A stretch of 64,000 nt of DNA from Mobula hypostoma (Eukaryota). The notes under the pieces are model-generated. The model saw only the letters and a list, made by a program, of their open reading frames with translations. It did not search any database and was not told the DNA's origin. Each line of letters opens with the position of its first letter. The first letter of the stretch is position 1. Below are positions 12,193 through 23,936 of the stretch, one piece after another. Location: the NCBI RefSeq assembly GCF_963921235.1, contig NC_086107.1, positions 98,022,001 to 98,086,000 on the forward strand, given 5' to 3'. Position numbers and translations under genes: made by a program.

Positions 12193-12687
12193 CAGGCAGT
12201 AGTTATTCTGGTTTTATTGCAGATTTCCAGCATCTACAATTTTACCTGGACAATATGACTCTGAGGCAACAGTGAACAGGAGTCAAGGGATTTGCTCTGA
12301 GACTTCTGATCCCCATGTTATAAAATAAATAACTGGATAGGCATCATACTTCTGGGAAAATAAAATAGTAAAATGATCTGATGTGACCCTTGGTATTATG
12401 ACTATTGAAATATGGAAAAGATATTCTACTTATAGAAGATAATCACTAATACCTCCAACTAAGAAGATAGAATGTCGAGATGAAACATTCAAATACATTT
12501 AAAAGGATCAACATGAAGGAGAAAGAAATAGAATTCAATGAGGAAGTGTGGAAGGAAGCTCCACCCTTCCTCATTGAGAAATATTGGTATAGTATGAAGT
12601 AGTTAGGGCCATTTTTGGTCAAAAGGCATTTGAGTTTTCTTCTCTAATAATTGGGGTGTAACAGGGACAGTATGTTTGGATTCTTAC

Positions 12688-12834
12688 AATGAGTTTGTTG
12701 GCTGCTTCCTTGATTTTATCAACCTTAGCTTCAGAAAGGCCCTTAATGTTGCACAGCGCCCTTCGTGTTGTCATCTGAATTCCTTTCACTGTACAGATTC
12801 CAACTGTTTTCATTTTCTTAATGTCAGCAACATT
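12688..12834 (-). CDS. DMC1: DMC1 coding exon (147 nt, HhH domain)
   Basis: NVADIKKMKTVGICTVKGIQMTTRRALCNIKGLSEAKVDKIKEAANKLI; cag| and |gtaag. Confidence 0.97.
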
Positions 12835-14529
12835 CTGTAAGCAAACAGCAAAAAAAAAGCCCAATCATTAAGTGCAGAAACAAAGAATTATTTTGTTTAA
12901 AATATGCACATCAAATAAAGGTAAAGGATTAGGTCCATTAATGTTTTGGTTTCATGGGCTTTCATTAAAATGGAACTGAAGTGAAACTCTTCAGCCTGAA
13001 ATAGTTCTTTCTGTCTGCATCAGAACTGGACATTTCTGCTTTTCAATTTTTCTTATTCTATTCATATAATCTAGCTTATGGGTATGTCCCACATTCTCAG
13101 TAATAACACATTACGAAACAAAGTATGCTTATATCTGCTAAGCTAATTAATAACATTAAACTATTTGGACTAACCATATCATAGTTATATTTGCATTCTT
13201 CTTCCCACCATGGATCTTACTGAATACTAAATTTTTTTATACCCACTTCTGACAAAGCACCCTAAACCATTAACTGCTTCTCTCTCCACAGAAGCTCCCT
13301 GACCTTATAAATGTTTCTAGCATTTTCTGTTTTTAATTCAGATTTCCAGCGTTTATCTTAACTCTAAGATATAACTGATATATTCTACCTGATTTTAGGT
13401 AGAATACCACTTACAGGATTTGCTCACACTAGATCTCAAGAGTGGTATGTCAAAGATATCAGACATGCTGGAAATAAAAGAATTGAAAAATAAAACCTAG
13501 TCTTGATAATGGGATCATTGTTATCATAATAGAGAAATAAATTTACTGATCTTTCATGTCTGCCACTTAGATAAGCCCTTAGTGATATAGTTCGGAAAAC
13601 TTCTAAATAGTCATATTCTGAAAAGTTATTCAGTTGAGGTAGCAAAACACTTCAGATGTGTATCATAAACCATGATTATGACATGAACAGCACTTCAAAA
13701 TGAAGCAACAATTAATTTGAACATTACACAGTTTAGAGTATTGCATTCAATGCTCACAATGCAGATTCTTCTATATTAGAGAAAGCAAATGCAAATTGAG
13801 TGACTATCTGTGTAAAGCACCGTTGCAGGCGTGATCCTGAGCTTCCAACTGGCACTTTAATAATCCATCATACTCTTACTCTGACCTAATGGGAGATTCC
13901 CACACCATCCCAGTGAAGCTTAAAATAAGCTTGAGGAACAGAACCGCATTTTCCATGTGGGGGAGCCTTTGGAATTCAATATCAAATTCATCAATTTCAG
14001 CAGATTTGTTTTCTCTGTATCAGAATGGTCAATCCTTCTACAATATCTTTGTATCATTTTAATTAATTTCTCTCCATTGGCATAGCCCTACGTGCTGTGC
14101 ATTTTCTACATCTCTCACGTGTTTCACAGTCTTTACATGTCCTTTTATTTGATTTTTTTCCTATTTACCCTCACTAAAAAATCTAACAGATGGCTTCATC
14201 ACCAGCTTGTCACAACAAACCTAGCCTCAACCATAAGGTTATTCCTTCTGTCCTATCCATCTCTCCCTGCCGTTTCTGTAACTTAAAAGAAACTTGTTTT
14301 CTTTCATAGTTGTGATGAAGGGTCTTCAACCTGAAACTTTTCTCCTTCCATAGATGCCAACTGCCCAACTGAATATTTTCTGTTTTGCTTCAGGTTTGCA
14401 TCTTCTGCAGTTATTTTACTTTCATAAACTATGACTCAATGTATAGACAAATCCACTAACAAATTTATTTGCAACCAAAAGTGAAGATCTAAGATTAAAG
14501 CTTAGATAGTCACAGTTTACAGTACTTAC

Positions 14530-14574
14530 AATGCCATGTTTCTGTAAGAGATCGATGTCCTGGAAGAAGGACTC
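14530..14574 (-). CDS. DMC1: DMC1 coding exon (45 nt)
   Basis: ESFFQDIDLLQKHGI; cttcag| and |gtaagt splice sites. Confidence 0.96.
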
Positions 14575-15510
14575 CTGAAGGAACAAAAATAAAGTCACAT
14601 TAGTTCATACTTTTCATCAAATTATACCAAGATATTACTCTAGGCCATAAGATATAGGGGTAGAAGTAGGCCATTTGGCCCATCGAGAAAGGGTCTTTAA
14701 TGGTTACCTCAAACTTAGTGCCCATATATGTGGTGTATGACCATGACTCTACCAATCAAGCAGGAGATAAACAGGACAAAGACCTGAAAGAGCTGGTCTG
14801 CATTAGAATTAGCTGTATTGTAAGGCTGTAGTCATCTGGGAATCAAGGGGGATAAATTACCTGGGGAAAACAGGACATCAGCAAATCAATAGGTGAGAAT
14901 GTTTGAGATAGGAGTTGGCAAATTGAGGGACTGCAATAATCAGCAAGGGTTTGGGTTGGCAGGTCTGGGGGTCTGAGCAATGGCCAAGGCTTGAGTGCAG
15001 GGATCAATAAATCATTGAAATGAGTCCTCTTGGATTATCAATGCTAACTATGATGCCAAGGGAGTTACCAGAGCAATGTTGAGTCATGATATGGAGACAG
15101 TTGATAGTAATATAAAAATAGTTCAGTTTGAAATTATGAATGGTAGGGGAGAGAAAACACAGGTGGGTGTAGTCTATCGACCCCCAAAATGTGACATCTC
15201 AAAAGGACACAAATATAAATGGCAAAATATCTAGGCATCTTTAAAGGGAACTGCATTCATCATGGGAAATTTTAATCTACATATTAATTGGATGAACCCA
15301 ATTGGAAAGAGTATCACAGAAGAAGAATTTGTGGAGGACGACAGACTTTGCTTCTTAGTACAATAGGTATTGAACCTACCGGAACAGGTTATTTTGGATT
15401 TGGCCATGAGTAATAAGGAAGGATTAATAAGAGGTCTTATGGCTAAATATCCCCAATATGATAGGATCCCAGATACATTTTGAGTATGAACATTATAGGA
15501 AGAAAACAAC

Positions 15511-17193
15511 ACACATCAAAGTTGCTGGTGAACGCAGCAGGCCAAGCAGCATCTGTAGGAAGATGTGCAGTCGACGTTTCAGGCCGAGACCCTTCGTCAG
15601 GACTAACTGAAGGAAGAGTGAGTAAGGGATTTGAAAGTAGGAGGGGGAGGGGGAGATCCAAAATGATAGGAGAAGACAGGAGGGGGAGGGATAGAGCCAA
15701 GAGCTGGACAGGTGATAGGCAAAAGGGGATACGAGAGGATCATGGGACAGGAGGTCCGGGAAGAAAGACAAGGGGGGGGGACCCAGAGGATGGGCAAGAG
15801 GTATATTCAGAGGGACAGAGGGAGAAAAAGGAGAGTGAGAGAAAGAATGTGTGCATAAAAATGAGTAACAGATGGGGTATGAGGGGGAGGTGGGGCCTTA
15901 GCGGAAGTTAGAGAAGTTGATGTTCATGCCATCAGGTTGGAGGCTACCCAGACGGAATATAAGGTGTTGTTCCTCCAACCTGAGTGTGGCTTCATCTTTA
16001 CAGTAGAGGAGGCCGTGGATAGACATGTCAGAATGGGAATGGGATGTGGAATTAAAATGTGTGGCCACTGGGAGATCCTGCTTTCTCTGGCGGACAGAGC
16101 GTAGATGTTCAGCAAAGCGGTCTCCCAGTCTGCGTCGGGTCTCACCAATATATAAAAGGCCACATCGGGAGCACTGGATGCAGTATATCACCCCAGTCGA
16201 CTCACAGGTGAAGTGTTGCCTCACCTGGAAGGACTGTTTGGGGCCCTGAATGGTGGTAAGGGAGGAAGTGTAAGGGCATGTGTAGCACTTGTTCCGCTTA
16301 CACGTATAAGTTCCAGGAGGGAGATCAGTGGGGAGGGATGGGGGGGATGAATGGACAAGGGAGTTGTGTAGGGAGCGATCCCTGCGGAATGCAGAGAGAG
16401 GCGGGGAGGGAAAGATGTGCTTAGTGGTGGGATCCCGTTGGAGGTGGCGGAAGTTACGGAGAATAATATGTTGGACCCGGAGGCTGGTGGGGTGGTAGGT
16501 GAGGACCAGGGGAACCCTATTCCTAGTGGGGTGGCGGGAGGATGGAGTGAGAGCAGATGTACGTGAAATGGGGGAGATGCGTTTAAGAGCAAAGTTGATA
16601 GTGGAGGAAGGGAAGCCCCTTTCTTTAAAAAAGGAAGACATCTCCCTCGTCCTAGAATGAAAAGCCTCATCCTGAGAGCAGATGCGGCGGAGACGGAGGA
16701 ATTGCGAGAAGGGGATGGCGTTTTTGCAAGAGACAGGATGAGAAGAGGAATAGTCCAGATAGCTGTGAGAGTCAGTAGGCTTATAGTAGACATCAGTGGA
16801 TAAGCTGGCTCCAGAGACAGAGACAGAAAGATCTAGAAAGGGGAGGGAGGTGTCGGAAATGGACCAGGTAAACTTGAGGGCAGGGTGAAAGTTAGAGGCA
16901 AAGTTAATAAAGTCAACGAGTTCTGCATGCGTGCAGGAAGCAGCGCCAATGCAGTCGTCGATGTAGCAAAGGAAAAGTGGAGGATAGATACCAGAATAGG
17001 CACGGAACATAGATTGTTCCACAAACCCAACAAAAAGGCAGGCATAGCAAGGACCCATACGGGTGCCCATAGCTACACCTTTAGTTTGGAGGAAGTGGGA
17101 GGAGCCAAAGGAGAAATTATTAAGAGTAAGGACTAATTCCGCTAGACGGAGCAGAGTGGTGGTAGAAGGGAACTGATTAGGTCTGGAATCCAA
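15511..17193 (-). mobile_element. Penelope-like retroelement, 5'-truncated, left arm of palindrome
   Basis: ORF 15898-17217 has RT motifs (GVAMG, YIDD, LPFLD) followed by GIY-YIG endonuclease (VIYCIQC..C...YIGET.R.L..RF.EH); the 3' UTR carries a hammerhead. Confidence 0.95.
15568..15609 (-). ncRNA. Minimal type I hammerhead ribozyme (intact core)
   Basis: Minus strand reads agtc-CTGACGA-agggtctcggcct-GAAAC-GTC-gact. Stem I is agtc/gact, stem II is agg/cct, stem III is the palindromic ACGT; cleavage triplet GUC. Confidence 0.85.
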
Positions 17194-17204
17194 GTATATA
17201 AGTA

Positions 17205-18960
17205 TATATACTTCCATCCTCCATCAGGAAGGTCTCAAAGCTCTACGCTTCTTTTTGGATTCCAGATCTAATCAGTTACCCTCTACCACCGGAATTAGTC
17301 CTTACTCTTAATAATTTCTCCTTTGGCTCCTCCCACTTCCTCCAAACTAAAGGTGTAGCTATGGGCACCCGTATGGGTCCTAGCTATGCCTGCCTTTTTG
17401 TTGGCTTTGTGGAACAATCTATGTTCCGTGCCTATTCTGGTATCTGTCCCCCACTTTTCCTTTGCTACATCGACGACTGCATTGGCGCTGCTTCCTGCAT
17501 GCATGCAGAACTCGTTGACTTTATTAACTTTGCCTCCAACTTTCACCCTGCCCTCAAGTTTACCTGGTCCATTTCCGACACCTCCCTCCCCTTTCTAGAT
17601 CTTTCTGTCTCTGTCTCTGGAGACAGCTTATCCACTGATGTCTACTATAAGCCTACTGACTCTCACAGCTATCTGGACTATTCCTCTTCTCACCCTGTCT
17701 CTTGCAAAAACGCCATCCCCTTCTCGCAATTCCTCCGTCTCCGCCGCATCTGCTCTCAGGATGAGGCTTTTCATTCTAGGACAAGGGAGATGTCTTCTTT
17801 TTTTAAAGAAAGGGGCTTCCCTTCCTCCACTATCAACTCTGCTCTTAAACGCATCTCCCCCATTTCACGTACATCTGCTCTCACTCCATCCTCCTGCCAC
17901 CCCACTAGGAATAGGGTTCCCCTTGTCCTCACCTACCACCCCACCAGCCTCCGGGTCCAACATATTATTCTCCGTAACTTCCGCCACCTCCAACGGGATC
18001 CCACCACTAAGCACATCTTTCCCTCCCCGCCTCTCTCTGCATTCTGCAGGGATCGCTCCCTACACAACTCCCTTGTCCATTCGTCCCCCGCATCCCTCCC
18101 CACTGATCTCCCTCCTGGCACTTATCCGTGTAAGTGGAACAAGTGCTACACATGCCCTTACACTTCCTCCCTTACCACCATTCAGGGCCCCAAACAGTCC
18201 TTCCAGGTGAGGCAACACTTCACCTGTGAGTCGACTGGGGTGATATACTGCGTCCAGTCTCCCGATGTGGCCTTTTATATATTGGCGAGACCCGACGCAG
18301 ACTGGGAGACCGCTTTGCTGAACATCTACGCTCTGTCCTCCAGAGAAAGCAGGATCTCCCAGTGGCCACACATTTTAATTCCACATCCCATTCCCATTCT
18401 GACATGTCTATCCACGGCCTCCTCTACTGTAAAGATGAAGCCACACTCAGGTTGGAGGAACAACACCTTATATTCCGTCTGGGTAGCCTCCAACCTGATG
18501 GCATGAACATCAACTTCTCTAACTTCCGCTAAGGCCCCACCTCCCCCTCGTACCCCATCTGTTACTCATTTTTATGCACACATTCTTTCTCTCACTCTCC
18601 TTTTTCTCCCTCTGTCCCTCTGAATATACCTCTTGCCCATCCTCTGGGTCCCCCCCCCTTGTCTTTCTTCCCGGACCTCCTGTCCCATGATCCTCTCGTA
18701 TCCCCTTTTGCCTATCACCTGTCCAGCTCTTGGCTCTATCCCTCCCCCTCCTGTCTTCTCCTATCATTTTGGATCTCCCCCTCCCCCTCCTACTTTCAAA
18801 TCCCTTACTCACTCTTCCTTCAGTTAGTCCTGACGAAGGGTCTCGGCCTGAAACGTCAACTGCACCTCTTCCTACCGATGCTGCTTGGCCTGCTGCGTTC
18901 ACCAGCAACTTTAATGTGTGTTGCTTGAATTTCCAGCATCTGCAGAATTCCTGTTGTTTG
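17205..18960 (+). mobile_element. Penelope-like retroelement, 5'-truncated, right arm of palindrome
   Basis: Near-identical inverted copy of the left arm, with a 17-bp deletion at 17290, a frameshift near 18257 and an extra ~36 nt 3' tail. The whole palindrome is flanked by TSD aggaagaaaacaac (15497-15510, 18961-18974). Confidence 0.95.
18821..18862 (+). ncRNA. Minimal hammerhead ribozyme (stem I mismatch)
   Basis: cagttagtcCTGACGAagggtctcggcctGAAACGTCaactg; a G>A change follows the cleavage triplet. Confidence 0.75.
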
Positions 18961-21900
18961 AGGAAGAAAACAACTGTCTTCAACTTCAAAAAGAGCAAAT
19001 ATAATGCTGTAAAGGTGGAGTTATCTAAGATGATTTAGCAAATAAACTAAGAGACAAATCAATGGAGAAATAGTGCCTGATACCTAAACAGAATACTCAG
19101 CAGGAATTTATCCCAATTAGAAAGAGGGATTCCACAAGAAAGATGAACAATCTGTAATTACCAAAGGAGGTAAAGGATAACACTTAATTGAAAAATAAGG
19201 CATACAAAATGCTAAAGGCTGGTGGTGGGTCTGAGGACTGGGAATTTTCTAGGGCTCAGCAGTGAAAGACTAAAAAACTTATAAAGAAGATGATTGATTT
19301 TAAAATAAAATTTAAATGTAATATCAAGACAAACAGTAAGAATTTCTGTGGATATATAAAAATGAAGAAAGTGGCTAAGGTAGATATGAGACCACTAGAA
19401 AATGAGGTTAGTGAATCAATAATAGAAACAAAGATATGGCAGATATATGTATTATATGAGTTTGTTTCCTCAGGCTTCATAGAGCAATAGAACAATACAG
19501 GATGGAAACAGGCTCTTCAACCCAACATGTCCACGCCAACCACGGTGCCCACCAAGCTAGTCCCACTTGCCCATGCTTGCCAGTGTTCCTCTAAATCACT
19601 CCTAACCATCTGCTTAACTGAATGTCATTTAACTGTTGTTATTTTACCTACTTCAACCACTTCCTCTGGCAGCTCATTCCCTCTGAGTGAAAAAGATCCC
19701 CCCCAAGATCCCTTTCAAATTTTAATCTCTGACCTAAAACCTAAGCTTTCCATTTCTAACAAAAAAGACTATGCCCATTCACCCTTTTTATACACCTCAT
19801 GATTTTATACAACTCTATCGGATCAGCCCTCAATCTCATATGCTCCAGGGAATAAAGTTCTAGCCTGCCCAACTTCTCCATAACTCAGGCCCTTGAGTCC
19901 TGGCAGGAAGCATTCTCATAAAACTCATAAATCATTTCTGTGCTCTTTCTGGTTTAATGATGTGTTCCCTTTAGCAGGAAGACCAAAACTGTACACAATA
20001 TTCCAAATGCAATCTCACCAATGTCTTATACAATTGCATTATAACATGCTAACTCCTATACTCAATGTCTTGACTTATGAAGGACAGTGAGCCAAATAGC
20101 TTCTTCACAATCTGGTCTATCTGTCATGCCACATTCAGCAAACTTTGTACTTGTATCTCTAGGTCTCACTGTTCCACAACACATACAGGACCTGACCAAT
20201 GACTATATAAGTCGTTGGGAACCAATCGACTGCACCCTTGGGATCTATTGGTTGAAAATTTTCAAAACTACCTAAATTCTGAGAGGCTACTAGAGGTCTG
20301 GAAAACATTAATTGTAATCCACTTATTTTAAAAAAATGGCAGAAAGACAAGGACTGTGAAACTATAGGCCAGTTAGTTTAATATCTATTGTTGGCAAAAT
20401 ACTAGAATCAATGATCAAAGAGGAAATAACTAATCATTTACAAAAGCTGAATATATTCAAACTTGGCCAACATAGTGTTATGAAAGGTAAATAATGTTTA
20501 ATATATTTGCTTCAATTTAGGTTGATAGAGGGAACTATTAGATATAGGATATTTAGATTTCTCAAAGGCCTTTGACAAGGTAAAACATAAGAAGCTGGTG
20601 CATAAATTAAGAGCAAAATGTATTGAAGGAAGCGTGTTAACATAGATTGAGCAAAAACCTGACAAACGGAATTTTGTGTGGGGAAGACTGAGGTCATGCA
20701 TTTCAGTAAGAGGAAAGGGTCATCTAATTATCTAATTGAAGAGAGGCTGGAAATGAGTGAAATTTGTTGTCATAATGCATGGATCATAAAAGCTAGCAGC
20801 CAAGTCCAGCAAGTAGCTAAGAAGGAAAATGGCATGTTGGCCTTTATTGCAAAGGGATTGGAGTTAATGATTAGGGAGATTTTGTCACAGTTGTACAGGG
20901 TTTTGGTGAGGCCCAATCTAGAATACTGTGCAGTTTTGGTCCCCTTAACTAAAAAGGATAATAAAAACACTGGAGACAGTTCAAAGGAGGTTCACCAGGC
21001 TAATCCTTGAGATGAGGGTGTTGTCCTATCAAGGGAGACGAAACAGTTTGAGTCTGCATTCCTTGGAATTTAGAAGAGTGACGTAAAAGATTGTAATTTG
21101 TTTGGTAGGGTAGATGATCAAATGTTTTCACCAATGGAAGAGTTATGGCCAAGAGCATATAGCTGCAAAATAAGAGGGCATTTAATTAAAACTGAGGAGC
21201 ATAGACAGTAGTGAATTTATGAAATTCTCCCAGAAGGTGGTGGAGGCCAGATTATTATATATATTTAATTTGGGGAAAAGAGAAATGTTTGAAAGATTGA
21301 GGAGTTGAAGGCTAATGAGAACTGCTACAAACAGAGTTGAGGCCCGTATAAACCAGCCATGATCACACTGATCGGTGGGGCAGACTTGAGGTGCCAGCTG
21401 GTCTGCTCCTGCTCCTATTTTCATCAGTTTTTCTTTAAATTTCAGTTTCTTATATATCCCTATGGTTTTCATTTCTTCACTTAACCCTTGATATACCTTG
21501 AATCCAGGATTCCTTGGAGATGTCCTTACTTTTCACCGCTATGGGAATATGTTCATTCCTGTCCAAAGATGCTGCCTGATATGCTCAGTTCCTTCAGAAT
21601 TTTGTGAATGTGGCTCTATTTTAGTTTCCTCACAGTTATTAGATATAAATGGCAGTCCCAGTCCTTTGTTTTTTGGTGCTGAAATTGGCCTTCACCATTT
21701 TAGGACCTTAATTTTTGATTCACCTTTGCATCTTTATGGATATAGTCACTATCTCCAAAAGACTCTCCCACTAAACACTGTAACCACTTACCTTGCAATA
21801 TTCCCTTAAACCAAATCCAATATGTCCCCTGCTCTTGTTGGATTATCTATGTACTTACTGGGTGCAGTTTAAAAATTCTAATAGTCTTCCACACCAAGGT

Positions 21901-22464
21901 AATCCAGTTAATACTGGGAAGCAGGAATCACCTACTACCCTTTTACCTTTTTCCTCTTGCATCTCTGTATAGCTTCAGTTCCTTTTATTTCTTACTGGTT
22001 GTTAGGAAACCTGTGATATAAATGCAAAAGCAACTACCCCTTTTTCTCAAAGCTCTACTCAGGTGGGCTCACTTAAACAGGCTTCTTTGAGAGTTTCCCT
22101 CATTACTGCAGCCATGGATTCATTATCACTATTGCAATCATCTCTCAATTATGTCTCAGTGTTAGCAACAATATTAGAATTTCATGCACTCATCAACACT
22201 CTAAGTTCATCTTCCTTACTAGTCAGACTCTTCGCATTAATATAAAATAGGAATTCAGTCTGGCATTCCTCTCATGTGCCTTATCACTCCTACGTCTGTA
22301 CTGCCCACTGGATTGACTTAGTTTTCCATATTTGACCATAAGCATATCCCCCACACCCAACAACTGTACATTTATCTGAAATTCCATTTTCCTGCCACAG
22401 TACATCACAATGAAGGGAATGATGCCAATAAAGAGAAGAAATATTTTATGCTGACCTTGTGTTG

Positions 22465-22878
22465 TGTGGGGGCGTGGCTTATTTCCCAGTTAAAAGTTGC
22501 TTCCACCGTGTCGGTTGTTGATTGGTCCATTTAAAAACTGCAGTTGCTCTTTCCTTTTGGCTGGTTTGCGTGCTACGGCACCAATTTCCAGTACCTTGGG
22601 TAGGGGTATAAAGTAGCAAGTGCAGGAGGCATGGTCTCTTGCTCTCTCTCTCTCCTTTATCTCCAAGGCATGCTTCATAGAACCATTGGGAAGGTAACCT
22701 CTGCATGCACTTTTAGCTAAATATCTGTTTGTTGAGTATTTAGTTTTGTAGTTCATGTAATTAGGGGGACTTAAATGTTTGGTAGAATTTTTTACTATTT
22801 GTAAACAAGCAATTTATATGCTTATTTGTAGTCAGTGTTTACTGTCTCACTCACCAAACCCATGAACCTGCTTCCACA
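22465..22878 (+). mobile_element. Putative solo LTR
   Basis: TGTGG...CCACA termini, GC box, CCAAT (22521, 22581), TATAAA (22607); no clean TSD. Confidence 0.5.
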
Positions 22879-23314
22879 TTAAAGCTACAAGACCCATCAT
22901 CATGTTGAACAGCTTAACTCTTCAAAATAAAGAGGATGAATATGGCAGGAATTTTCAAGCATATCATTGTTACTGCACACGCTGAGGTACTATGACATTG
23001 GATGAACTTACCAAGAAGTAAGGAGAAGAAATGACAGTCTATTGCAGCAATGATTTTCCAATGGATGAGTTATAGTTAATCATTCTTAAAAGGCCAATGG
23101 CAATGGTAAAAAAAAACTAAATTGGGCACTTGCACCAACCTAACAATTGAAAATTGGGACTGAGCACCCTTTGGTCTGGGCACCATCTCTATACACCTGA
23201 TGCCTGAAAACCATGTAGAATCAGCAATTATGATATTATTCAATGTGAAACATCGATAGATAACAGCTCAGTCTTTTTTCTAATTATATTCTCTAATTTA
23301 CCATCTATGTTAAC

Positions 23315-23710
23315 CTGGAGGTAGCGGGATGGAGATACATCTCTACCAAAGGAGGTGTAAGGGGCTCCTTCCCTCTGCTACCCTGTCACCCTTGGGCAAG
23401 GTGATGCACCTGTTTAGCATTCTCCTCCCCCCCCACCAATCAGGGTCAAGTGAAGCCATGGGAGCTGGTGGTGGATGGTCGTATGAGGAGCTGGTGAATA
23501 TCACAAGTCCTGGTTATGCAACCACTGATGCCAGGCAGATCATCTCTGAAATGTATTGACAATGGATGGGGTCACCTGTCTTGTAAAGACACTGCCCAGA
23601 AGAAGGCAATAGCAAACCACTTCTGTAGAAAAACTTGCCAAGAACAATCATGGTCATGGAAAGACCATGATCATCCACGCATACAACACAACACATAACA
23701 AACAAGCGAA
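23315..23710 (+). mobile_element. SINE with RTE-like 3' end
   Basis: aagaaggcaatagcaaaccacttc...ccaagaacaatcatgg resembles RTE/BovB-type tails. Confidence 0.55.
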
Positions 23711-23879
23711 CAATGTTAACCTGGTGCAGTACATGGCAAGACACCCCACTTCCCAGATGCAGCATCACTTAAATAATTGATTTCTGAATTGGCTTCATAT
23801 GACTTGGTTGTTAAATTCTGAATTCACTTCACATGACTTGAACGTTTCAGATTCTATTTCTAATACTGTATTACTATAC

Positions 23880-23936
23880 CTCTTCATCCTGGAAACCAAC
23901 TTCCTCTTCCACTACCTGATCCTCCATGGCTTTCAT
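23880..23936 (-). CDS. DMC1: DMC1 first coding exon (coding part; exon extends to acceptor at 23983)
   Basis: Translates MKAMEDQVVEEEVGFQDEE, matching the vertebrate DMC1 N-terminus (human MKEDQVVAEEPGFQDEE). Donor GAG|gtatag; pyrimidine-rich acceptor ...ttctag at 23984. Confidence 0.93.

Larger units (their letters stand above)
15050..21420 (+). mobile_element. Old decayed CR1 LINE hosting the Penelope palindrome and an antisense CR1 piece (~19480-20200)
   Basis: EN-like remnants before 15497 continue in register after 18974 (RKTTVFNFKK). RT remnants (tttctcaaaggcctttgacaagg; LYRVLVRPNLEYC) lie at 20230-21420. Confidence 0.7.

Noticed and set aside
15898-17217. 439-aa ORF as an intact autonomous gene
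   Set aside because: Its Met and first residues come from the central junction, and the N-terminal part of the RT is missing.
15497-18974. Palindrome as an assembly fold-back artefact
   Set aside because: The arms differ by substitutions and indels, have unequal ends, share one TSD, and the host CR1 continues in register on both sides.
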